Below are positions 1-7,736 of a stretch of 24,109 nucleotides of DNA, in pieces. The first letter of the stretch is position 1. Every line of letters starts with the position of its first letter. The stretch comes from a virus. Its lineage: Duplodnaviria; Caudoviricetes. Below the pieces are notes generated by a model. That model saw nothing but the letters and a program-made list of their open reading frames with translations. It had not been told where the DNA came from and ran no database searches. Location of the stretch: positions 1-24,109 of IMG/VR virus record IMGVR_UViG_3300033551_000044; one strand, written 5' to 3'. Both the position numbers and the translations under genes were made by a program.

Positions 1-759
1 GCCGCTGCTGTCTAGGCCGGCATAGCCGTTGTTAGCGCCTTTGTTAGCCGTGGCCTCAGCGCCGGTCACGTCAGCCACCGCCAAGGTGACCGCGCCTTGG
101 CGACCGGCCACCGAGGTCACCTGATCGGTGCTGTCAACCTTCTCCCAAGCACTGCCGTTGGAAATGATCCAGTCGCCAATCTTCCAGTCCGTAATGCCGT
201 CAATGTTGGTGGCACCAGCGGTGGTGACCACGTAGTAGTGACCCTTGTTTCCGACAGCGGCGGCGGGAATGGTGGGCGTGTTGGCGTTGGCGTTCCAGCC
301 ACTCTGGTACTTGACCGCACCGATGACAGCCTCGGGCATTTGCTGCACCGGCACCTTGCCGGTAGCATCAAGTTCGGCGTAGCCGTTCGGCTGCCCTTTC
401 TCGGTAACGTCCTCAGCGCCAACATCGGCCGGCGTGAGTTGGATATTGCCAGCCCCGTCAGGCTCGATGCTGTTGACGGTGAGCAACGGGCTGTCCGCGC
501 CGGGCTCACCCTTCTCAGCCACCAGCGTGAAGTTGTCGGGATCGAACACCGCACCGGCGGTGTGGCTGACGGTGCACGCATACACGTTGCCGCCGAAGCG
601 CACCGCGGTGGCCGGATAGGTGGCCACGCACACCAAGCCCTGCACCCAATCCACCACAGGCAAGGCAAACGGGACCGGCCCCTGAGGGCCGGCGGCAACC
701 GCTACAGCGGGCGGCGTGATGGCAGCGCGAGCAAGCGCCGTGAGAGATTTGATAATCAT
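1..759 (-). CDS. Tail fibre/adhesin-like protein, N-terminal 253 codons (3' end outside window; not in ORF track)
   Basis: Manual translation from the ATG at 759 (ATGA overlap with the upstream stop at 756-758) is open to base 1: MIIKSLTALARAAITPP...FGGNVYACTVSHTAG...KGQPNGYAELDATGKVP...WKIGDWIISNGSAWEKVD...VTSVAGRQGAVTL...KGANNGYAGLDSSG. Fibre-type repeats and position after the fibre/chaperone genes. Confidence 0.8.
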   Translation of the reverse strand, partial: MIIKSLTALARAAITPPAVAVAAGPQGPVPFALPVVDWVQGLVCVATYPATAVRFGGNVYACTVSHTAGAVFDPDNFTLVAEKGEPGADSPLLTVNSIEPDGAGNIQLTPADVGAEDVTEKGQPNGYAELDATGKVPVQQMPEAVIGAVKYQSGWNANANTPTIPAAAVGNKGHYYVVTTAGATNIDGITDWKIGDWIISNGSAWEKVDSTDQVTSVAGRQGAVTLAVADVTGAEATANKGANNGYAGLDSSG

Positions 760-1097
760 GCGCGCGTCACCCCGTGCACGTGGGTCCAGATGCCTTGAAG
801 CACCACCACCGTCACGCCATCGGCCGTGGCGCGAATGTCAAAGTGGTACTCGCCCGCCGGCAGCCGGGCCATGCTGCTGTCATCGATGCTGACGGACAGA
901 AAGTTGTTCGACGCCGTGCTGGCGTCCAGCGCCGCCGTCCTATCCGTCAGGTTTTTGCGAAGCTGAAGGCGGAAAGCGATGCCGGTGAGCGCCACCGGCA
1001 CATCATCCACCGTGAACTCAAAAGAGCCGCGCGCGTCAGCGTTGCTACGCGTCTCAATCTCAGCCTCATACAGCGGCAGGTCTAGGATGGCGGTCAT
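756..1097 (-). CDS. Hypothetical tail/baseplate-associated beta-rich protein (113 aa)
   Basis: In operon orientation and coupled to the next gene. The pattern (FRLQLR...L.....LPAGEYHFDI....DG.....LQG......GVT) is common in small genes preceding phage fibre genes. Confidence 0.65.
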   Translation of the reverse strand: MTAILDLPLYEAEIETRSNADARGSFEFTVDDVPVALTGIAFRLQLRKNLTDRTAALDASTASNNFLSVSIDDSSMARLPAGEYHFDIRATADGVTVVVLQGIWTHVHGVTRA

Positions 1098-1108
1098 GTC
1101 GCGCGGCC

Positions 1109-1489
1109 TCAGAAGGCCGGCTTGTCAGGCCGGGCCGGAAACTTTTTGCGCCCCACCGTGCCAGTCTCAGCGCCGGCAATGTCGCGCATCTTCTGACGGT
1201 ACTCGCGCCACGCCGCCGGAACCTTCATGTCGGCTTCGAAGCAACGCAGCACTATACGGTCGCTTTGCTTCAACTCCGCCAGCGCCTTCGCGCGCCAGTG
1301 CTTCCACGCTTCGGCCTCGGCCTCGGCCGGATCGGGGGCAGTGAACGCGCCGGACTTCTCATCGTAAAGCGTGCCCACCGTGCAGCCGGCTGGTGCACTG
1401 ACCAGCAAAAGGCTGGTGTGCAGAAGCTTGGCGTCCTCATCGCTGTAGAGGCGGTGAACCTTGCCTTGGTGGATTAGTGCCTTCGTCAT
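1109..1489 (-). CDS. Tail fibre assembly chaperone-like protein (126 aa)
   Basis: ATG at 1489 with GGAGG 5 nt upstream, preferred over the track start at 1516. The C-terminus WR...LKQSD....R......W.EYRQKMRDI......FP.RP is typical of phage tail assembly chaperones. Directly follows the fibre gene. Confidence 0.7.
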   Translation of the reverse strand: MTKALIHQGKVHRLYSDEDAKLLHTSLLLVSAPAGCTVGTLYDEKSGAFTAPDPAEAEAEAWKHWRAKALAELKQSDRIVLRCFEADMKVPAAWREYRQKMRDIAGAETGTVGRKKFPARPDKPAF

Positions 1490-1503
1490 CGCCGCCTCCG
1501 TTG

Positions 1504-2670
1504 TTATCCAACCCACTCAACAATCACCAAGCCGTCAGCGCCGTCGCCGCCGCGCGCGTTGGTGCCGGTGGCAGAACCGCCACCTGAGCCCGCGCCGCCC
1601 GGGAACGCGCCGTCACCAGATGAGCCCGTTGACATCATGCCGCCGCCGCCACCTTCGGGGCCGGGAGCGTTGCCACCCGCGCCACCATATCCGGTATATT
1701 CGCCGTTGGTGTTGGTGCCAGACGCACCGGAGCTTCCGTAGCTTCCGGTGGAATTGACCTCACCGCCAGCGCCTACGCCCGGCGTAGAACTGGCCGGCGT
1801 GCCGGGGATGGGATCAATGCCAGCCTCACCGCCGCCGCCGCCTGTAGCTGACGCCACCACACCAGCGCCGACCGTGGACACCGAACTGGTGCCGCCATCA
1901 TCGCCGGCAGTAGTGGTGCCGACAGGGCCGCCAGCGCCGCCAGCGCCGACCGTGATTGTCAGGCTCTCACCCGGCGTCACAACCAAGTCTTTGCGGCAGT
2001 AGCCGCCTGAGCCACCGCCAGCGCCGCCGACGAACGTAGCGTGCCCGGTGCCGCCGCCACCGCCGCCGCCGTACACGTGCAAGCGCACCTTGCGAACGCC
2101 GGCCGCCACGACATGGGTGTGCAGGCCCGGAACGTAGTAGCGCTGCTGTTGCGGGAACGCCGCCTTCTCCAGCCCGTTCGCGGTCACCAGCTTGAAGCCG
2201 CCCACCAGACGGAAGGCCGCGCCGTCATAGACCAGTTCCAGCATTGAGCCCGCCGGCAGGTCACCAATACCGCTCAGCGCGTTGCCTTGCGCATCCACGA
2301 TGGTCTTTGCCGCGTTGGCACCGACCGTGATCGTCGGCGTGGTAGTGGTGCTGTCACTGCCGGCCTTCTTCACGCGCAACGGCAGACCAGCCACCAGCAC
2401 CACCGCCGGGTCAGGCGTCACCACCAGCGCGTTCGCCGTGCCGGCGTCCTCAAGATAGTTGAGCGTCTGGCTGCGAACGGCCTTGGTCAGTTGCTCCAAG
2501 TCCGCCTCAGAAGCGGCGAGCCCGGCGTTGGTGATAAGGTTGACGATTTCGCGCTGCGGGTGCTCGATGGACGCAGCCGGCGGCACTGAACCTTCGGTGC
2601 CGGTGCTGGGGTTGCCGTTCACATACGGCGCATCCGGGTCCAATTCACCGTAGGGCTGCTGATACTTCAT
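1504..2670 (-). CDS. Tail fibre protein with C-terminal glycine-rich domain (388 aa)
   Basis: Follows the gp48-like gene. N-terminal baseplate-anchor-like segment (GNPSTG..GS......QREIVN.I..AGL......QL..A) and C-terminal YGGGGGGG...GGGSGGY...VTPG...TVGAGG...G.DGLVIVEW glycine-rich domain. Confidence 0.8.
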   Translation of the reverse strand: MKYQQPYGELDPDAPYVNGNPSTGTEGSVPPAASIEHPQREIVNLITNAGLAASEADLEQLTKAVRSQTLNYLEDAGTANALVVTPDPAVVLVAGLPLRVKKAGSDSTTTTPTITVGANAAKTIVDAQGNALSGIGDLPAGSMLELVYDGAAFRLVGGFKLVTANGLEKAAFPQQQRYYVPGLHTHVVAAGVRKVRLHVYGGGGGGGTGHATFVGGAGGGSGGYCRKDLVVTPGESLTITVGAGGAGGPVGTTTAGDDGGTSSVSTVGAGVVASATGGGGGEAGIDPIPGTPASSTPGVGAGGEVNSTGSYGSSGASGTNTNGEYTGYGGAGGNAPGPEGGGGGMMSTGSSGDGAFPGGAGSGGGSATGTNARGGDGADGLVIVEWVG

Positions 2671-2690
2671 AGGGGCGTCCTCTCTTGGAG

Positions 2691-3368
2691 CTACGGCAGG
2701 CCGGCGAACTCACCGCCATCAAGCAAGCCGGAATAATCAAAGACCACATCGGTGTGAGCAGGCTTCCAACGCCGAATGAGACACTCAAGATCGGTGGCCA
2801 GCGCAATGCGCAGGTGCGGGTCAACGCCGGTCTGGCCCTTTGATACTCGAAACCACGTGAGGCGAGCAAGGCCAACCCGTATCTTCCAGTAGAAGCGCAT
2901 TTCCAGCGGGCCTAGCTGCCACAGCGGATCGCCCACCTCATCCACGTGCTCGCCGCACCGCGAGATACCGCACATGAAGGGCGAGTATTCACGGATGGTG
3001 ATGGTGTAGCCAATGCGCGCCGCCACCGCGATGAAGAACTCCCGCGACTGTGCGCCCTCAATAGTCATCCACTGGACAAGCGCCTTCTGGCGGTCGCCAA
3101 TGGTCAGGGGCTCAGCCACGCACTTGTCGGGCAGGCCGAAGTTACGTTCCCAATCGGCCAGCATTTCCAGCGTGGCGCGCGGGTCGCTCTCACGCTCCAA
3201 CAGGTCGGCAATCCGCCCGTCAACGTAGCCCCAGATTTGGGCCAGCCCGGTGACCGCCTGCATTAACACCGTGTCAGGATCGCGCGGCCACGCCGCGCCC
3301 TGCGGCAGCAGCGCAGCAAGCGGCTCCGCATAATCATCACCAGAGCGGCGGAAGAATTTACGGGTCAT
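2691..3368 (-). CDS. Baseplate wedge protein, Mu gp48/YmfQ-like (225 aa)
   Basis: LLPQGAAW, E.DPR.T.EML.DWER.FGLPD, IGYTITI.E and LEC.I.R.KPAHT motifs. Follows baseplate J. Confidence 0.9.
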   Translation of the reverse strand: MTRKFFRRSGDDYAEPLAALLPQGAAWPRDPDTVLMQAVTGLAQIWGYVDGRIADLLERESDPRATLEMLADWERNFGLPDKCVAEPLTIGDRQKALVQWMTIEGAQSREFFIAVAARIGYTITIREYSPFMCGISRCGEHVDEVGDPLWQLGPLEMRFYWKIRVGLARLTWFRVSKGQTGVDPHLRIALATDLECLIRRWKPAHTDVVFDYSGLLDGGEFAGLP

Positions 3369-4434
3369 AGCTGATCGTTCCGAGAACAGCCATGTGGCCG
3401 GCGCTATCCATCACAAAGTCATCGGCAATAGGCGCGAAGTGGCCATCACCGATGGCGCTGCTGATCGCGTCGTTCACCCACACCGCATAGATGGTCTGCC
3501 CCGGGGCCGCGCGCTCAGTAAGCATTTCAGCCACCGCCAGTTCGATGAGCGCGCGCGTAGCGGCGTCGTCCTCGCTGAGGTCGGTGATGGTAAAGTCGAT
3601 GTTTTGCGCCAGCGGCGACAGCACCCATCGATCCTTGATGCAAACCGGCCGCACCGTATCGAGGTACTCAGTGACGGCTTCCAAGTCGTCACCAGTGGGG
3701 AAGCCGCCGGCCTCAGCGCGCACTACGTCAAACATCACGCGCACCGTAACGGTGCCGATGCCCATTTCATTCGGGGCGCACCACGCGCGCGTCACACCGG
3801 GCACGGCCTTTGCCCAATGCTCGTAGTCATCCTTCGCCCCACCCATGGGCGGCTTGCGAATGCGTTCGAGCACACGCACGCGAAGATCCTCGATGCTCTC
3901 CTGATCCACGCCGCCGTCCAGCGTCACCACGGTGAGTGACCCCGTGACGCCGCTGATCGCTTCGCGCAAGGTCAGCGCGGTGCCGGGCTCTTGGTTTCCG
4001 GCCACGCCACCCACCACCGCGCGCACGGGCACATCGGTGGGGCCGCCGCTCAACGTGACTTCTTCAACCGCCTCGAACTCAACACCGCTAGGTGCCGTCA
4101 GCACCGTGCCGGCGGGTATGATGGTCCCAAGCGTGCCCTCGGCCGTAGCCGTGCCCTCAGCCAGCGCGGCGCTCTTGCGGCCTATGCTGCCGTCAGAGTT
4201 GACCAGCCAGATGCTACCGTGCCGCTCAAGGAATTCATCCTCGGCGGTATCCGGCAGCAGTTGCTTGCTGACCCAATCGACATACAGCAGCACCAAGTGA
4301 GCTAGCCCGGCCTTGGCGTCAGACATGACGCGCAAGACGCTGTTAGGCACCAGCGCGGCACCGCGCACGGCCGCCGTGACAAAATCACGGGTCATCTTGC
4401 GAACGTCAGTGAGAGTTGGTGTGGCCCAAGCCAT
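3358..4434 (-). CDS. Baseplate J-like protein, Mu gp47 family (358 aa)
   Basis: LPDTA..E.L.RHG, GG.D.ES.E.LR.R.L.RIR.PP.GG...DY..WA..VPGVTRAW and G.GTV.V motifs. ATG at 4434 overlaps the upstream TGA. Confidence 0.93.
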   Translation of the reverse strand: MAWATPTLTDVRKMTRDFVTAAVRGAALVPNSVLRVMSDAKAGLAHLVLLYVDWVSKQLLPDTAEDEFLERHGSIWLVNSDGSIGRKSAALAEGTATAEGTLGTIIPAGTVLTAPSGVEFEAVEEVTLSGGPTDVPVRAVVGGVAGNQEPGTALTLREAISGVTGSLTVVTLDGGVDQESIEDLRVRVLERIRKPPMGGAKDDYEHWAKAVPGVTRAWCAPNEMGIGTVTVRVMFDVVRAEAGGFPTGDDLEAVTEYLDTVRPVCIKDRWVLSPLAQNIDFTITDLSEDDAATRALIELAVAEMLTERAAPGQTIYAVWVNDAISSAIGDGHFAPIADDFVMDSAGHMAVLGTISYDP

Positions 4435-4931
4435 CACGCGCTCCTAATTTGATCCCATAGACCTTGGAATTGAAGTGTGACTTCGGGAACGCTGCCGCGG
4501 TACATGGTCACCAGAGCGTCTATACGCTCTATGCCGGTTCGCGTCACCTCCACCTCAAAGCGCGTGGCAATTCGCCGGTCAACGAACGGCTGCAACGCCT
4601 CCTTGATATAGCCCTCAATTTGGAAAAGCGTGCCGCCGCCCTGTGCGTTCTGGCTCGTGATCTTGGCGCGGGACATGAGCCACAGTTTACTTCCAATGTC
4701 CCAGCCGTCCCAGATATTGCCGGCGTCAGCGTCACCCCACCAGCCGCGCCGGGCAGTGTCGTCAGGATCGGGCAGCACGTCATCCAACGCGGCACGGGCG
4801 TCTGTGCCCAGCGCCACCGTGACCGCGGTGGCGAGGTCATTGCTCACGTCCAGCAGCCCGGTGGGCTGAAGCAGCCAGTCCAGCGTGACAGCTTCTAGGG
4901 TGGCGCTACGGTGTATGCGAATATCAGTCAT
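4434..4931 (-). CDS. Baseplate protein, Mu gp46-like (165 aa)
   Basis: L.TAV...L.TD.RA...D.......RRGWWGD, GS.LWL..R.K and Y..EALQ motifs, plus synteny. Confidence 0.92.
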   Translation of the reverse strand: MTDIRIHRSATLEAVTLDWLLQPTGLLDVSNDLATAVTVALGTDARAALDDVLPDPDDTARRGWWGDADAGNIWDGWDIGSKLWLMSRAKITSQNAQGGGTLFQIEGYIKEALQPFVDRRIATRFEVEVTRTGIERIDALVTMYRGSVPEVTLQFQGLWDQIRSA

Positions 4932-5506
4932 GCTTTGTCGATCTCACCCCAGATGACGTTGCTGGGGCCATCCTCAGTGACCATGCGGATTGACGCCGGC
5001 ACCTTCACCAAGTCGATACGGTCTTCCTTGACTGACAGCTTCATGCCCTTCACGTCGCCAATGATCTGATCCTTTTTAACCACCAGCGTGACGCTGCCCA
5101 CCTTGATGGTGACCGGGAGTTCTTTCTTGCCGCCGTCGATGATGATGCCATCGCGGCTGACGTGCACCTTCTGGCCCTGATCGTCGTACTGTGCGCTTTC
5201 GCCTTCCTTCAGGTTGCGCAGCCGGTGCCGGCGGTCATCCATGGCGACGATGACGCCGTGCGATCGGTTGCCGCCGAGAAAGACGATGACGAACTCGGCC
5301 GCCTTGTCGCTGCCCTCACCGTCCTCCTTGTGGGGCACGCTGGTGAAGCCATAGTTCTGGAAGCGCTCAAGGGTGGTTTTCTTCTCACCCTTCAAAATCT
5401 CAACGTCCACCTCTTGCATTAGAGGTTCATCGTTGGCCTTCGTCAGGGTGCCACGCGCGCTGCCGTTCTGAGAGCGGTTAGCCGTATCTCTGGTGTTCGC
5501 GCGCAT
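4928..5506 (-). CDS. Baseplate spike/assembly protein, Mu gp45-like (192 aa)
   Basis: ERFQNYGFTSVP, LGGNRSHG.....DDRR.R...L..GE...YD..G motifs, plus synteny. Confidence 0.92.
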   Translation of the reverse strand: MRANTRDTANRSQNGSARGTLTKANDEPLMQEVDVEILKGEKKTTLERFQNYGFTSVPHKEDGEGSDKAAEFVIVFLGGNRSHGVIVAMDDRRHRLRNLKEGESAQYDDQGQKVHVSRDGIIIDGGKKELPVTIKVGSVTLVVKKDQIIGDVKGMKLSVKEDRIDLVKVPASIRMVTEDGPSNVIWGEIDKA

Positions 5507-5509
5507 GGC

Positions 5510-6568
5510 TCAGTTCGCACCGCTCAGGTTTGCAGCACCGCCCGTGAGCCAGTTCTGGCGCACCAGCGTGAGGACGGTCAAGCTGCCGCTCTTGTCGTCT
5601 TGGGTAAACGTCAGGCACTTCACGTATAGGGTTTCGTTGTAAAGCAGCAGCATCGGGGAATTTACGGTGACCGGCTGACCCACCTGCCACAGGCCGCCGC
5701 TGGGGCGAAGCCAGCCATACACGGTTATATCCGCCACTATCTGCACGCTATCGCGCCAGCCGCCCTCGAACTTGCTACGCAACAGCGCTTCACCCTTGCG
5801 GCCCGGGTGCTCGGTGAATTGCTCGAACGGCCGTGAGCGGGCGGCGTCACCACCGTGCTCGCCGTGCACTTGGCTGACCTTCTTGCCCCACTCTTTGTTG
5901 TCGCCGTTAATCTGCGAGAACGAGGCGTAGCTACCGCCTAGGCTCATGTCGCTGATCGTGCAGCGCGCGGCTTGAATGTTGCCGCCCTCCACCAGCGCGT
6001 CACCTGACCCGCCCTCGAAACCGCCGGCCGCCACTAGGTTGCCGCTCACATCATCGGACAGCACGATGCCACGCATGCGCGCCAGCCGTTCGATAAACTG
6101 AAACACGCTCTCGCCCGGGATAATGTCCGCGCGCTTGAACGGCGTGCTGTTGATGGTGCCCTTCGTAACAAGGCCGATGCCGTGCTTGCTCAGCATCTTG
6201 CGCGCGATGCTTTCCCACGGCTGCTCTTTGAACTCGCCAGTGTCCAGCGGCGCGCTGCTGTCAACTAGGTCACCCGTCTTGCTGCGGCCGACGATCATAA
6301 CGCCGTGACGGTTTGCATCGTATGACGCCTGCCGCAGGTACACGTGACCGGCTATAGCCAGATGACCGGCCAGCTTCACCGTGCACGCGTCACCCGGCTT
6401 GATCTGCAGACTGGTGACCACGCGCGCCAGCGGCACCGCCTCAGTGCAGGTGAATTGAAAGTGAGACACGGCCACGCCGTACTCCCGGCGCACTAGTACC
6501 GTGGTCCAATCTTTGTAGATTGTGCCGTTGACGGTCAGTTCTACGGTTTCGTTAAGCGGCGTAGCCAT
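5510..6568 (-). CDS. Baseplate hub, Mu gp44 (gpP)-like (352 aa)
   Basis: L.VNG..Y..W..V, I.PGD.C.V......I.G.V, GRSKTGDLVDSS, PGE..F.F.ERLAR.RG, V.GW....G.LW motifs. ATG at 6568 via TGATG overlap. Confidence 0.9.
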   Translation of the reverse strand: MATPLNETVELTVNGTIYKDWTTVLVRREYGVAVSHFQFTCTEAVPLARVVTSLQIKPGDACTVKLAGHLAIAGHVYLRQASYDANRHGVMIVGRSKTGDLVDSSAPLDTGEFKEQPWESIARKMLSKHGIGLVTKGTINSTPFKRADIIPGESVFQFIERLARMRGIVLSDDVSGNLVAAGGFEGGSGDALVEGGNIQAARCTISDMSLGGSYASFSQINGDNKEWGKKVSQVHGEHGGDAARSRPFEQFTEHPGRKGEALLRSKFEGGWRDSVQIVADITVYGWLRPSGGLWQVGQPVTVNSPMLLLYNETLYVKCLTFTQDDKSGSLTVLTLVRQNWLTGGAANLSGAN

Positions 6569-7236
6569 CACTCTGCAATCGCCCTTCCGGTCACCGGCAT
6601 GAACGCCGGGTGCGCCACGCTGTTTTCCTGAACCAACTCAATGAAGCGTTTGCCATCACCGTAAAGGTGGTTCGCCAGCGCCAGCGCCGGCATGCTGCCG
6701 GGCGTCGCGTAGGTGACCATGCGCGGCAGCGGGCGGGCACGGTCCACAAGATCGCGCGTGCACGCCGCACGCATGTCGATGAGCGCTAGGTACAGCGCCG
6801 CGTCTAGTTCATCTGCGGCCTCCAACTCTGCCGCATCGAACCCGGCCAGCATGCGATCAAGGTGCAGGTCAACGTCAGTGCGACTGACGAACGTGGTGCG
6901 GGCGATGATCTGCACCATTGCGACCAGAGCGTAGCGCACACCCGCGCGCGCGATAGCCAGCACACCTGCACGATCTGACGTCTCAGCCTGCATCAACGCG
7001 CGAACGCGATCCATACCGTTGAACGTAGCGCCCACCGCCACCGCCTCAGTGAAGCACGGCACCAGCAAATCGGCCAACGTGCCGGCGCGGACAGCGTTGA
7101 TGGTGCCGGCGCGTGCGCGCCCCACCAGATAGCGAAGCTCAACGCCGGCCGAACTCGAGGCCAGCGCCGGCACGGTGCCCAGCACCTCGCCCATCATGCG
7201 ATCAACCAACGCCTCAGCTTCCTTTAGCGGCGTCAT
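6568..7236 (-). CDS. Protein equivalent to the C-terminal part of Mu-type DNA circularization protein (222 aa)
   Basis: C-terminal P.LALA..LYGD..R..ELV.EN...HPAFMP motif typical of the end of Mu gp43-like proteins. Start at ATG 7236 (GTG 7248 is an alternative). Confidence 0.75.
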   Translation of the reverse strand: MTPLKEAEALVDRMMGEVLGTVPALASSSAGVELRYLVGRARAGTINAVRAGTLADLLVPCFTEAVAVGATFNGMDRVRALMQAETSDRAGVLAIARAGVRYALVAMVQIIARTTFVSRTDVDLHLDRMLAGFDAAELEAADELDAALYLALIDMRAACTRDLVDRARPLPRMVTYATPGSMPALALANHLYGDGKRFIELVQENSVAHPAFMPVTGRAIAE

Positions 7237-7238
7237 GG

Positions 7239-7736
7239 TCAGTACCACTCTTGTTGCTTAAGAGCGCCGCCCAGCACTTGCGTGATGGCCAGCGTTGCGG
7301 CGTTCGAGGTGTCCAGCGATACGCCCGCCGTGTCCACACCCAAGATGGTGAAGCCCGGCACGCCGGCCTCAACAAACTGCATTTCTACCGTGCAGAAGCC
7401 GCCGCGCTCGCGCACTTCCGTCAGCGTGTAGCCCTCGCACACCACCTGAAGCGCGCTGATCTTGGGCAGCACCAGCAGCCCCGGGCCGTCAGCCTCAAGC
7501 GCGGATACCAGCAGGTCCCGCGGACGGGTGAAGTTCGGGCCGATCAAATAGCCGCTGATACGGAAGCGCTTTGCGCGGCGTCCCATATCCTCCGCATAGG
7601 GCAGGTTGCGCTTCGGGTACTCGTGCAGAGCAACGCGGCGGCCTGACGCCTTGCCGCCAGCCTCAACGTGGAAGAACGCGCCACGGAAAGAGGCGGGTCC
7701 AAGACCTTCACGCCACGGAGCGCGCGGCATAGCCAT
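7239..7736 (-). CDS. DNA circularization protein N-terminal domain, Mu gp43-like (165 aa)
   Basis: W...L.PASFRG..F.V.......GRR...HEYP.R..PY.EDMGR and L..ALE..GPG.LV.P motifs. TAATG coupling to the tape measure gene. Confidence 0.9.
   Translation of the reverse strand: MAMPRAPWREGLGPASFRGAFFHVEAGGKASGRRVALHEYPKRNLPYAEDMGRRAKRFRISGYLIGPNFTRPRDLLVSALEADGPGLLVLPKISALQVVCEGYTLTEVRERGGFCTVEMQFVEAGVPGFTILGVDTAGVSLDTSNAATLAITQVLGGALKQQEWY

Noticed and set aside
97-798. Track ORFs 97..798 (+) and 117..698 (-)
   Set aside because: Shadow frames of the real minus-strand gene starting at 759, which has recognisable fibre repeats and ATGA coupling.
1559-2070. GCC/CCG-rich low-complexity tract resembling a tandem repeat
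   Set aside because: Explained by glycine codons of the fibre's glycine-rich domain, so it is not an independent repeat or array.
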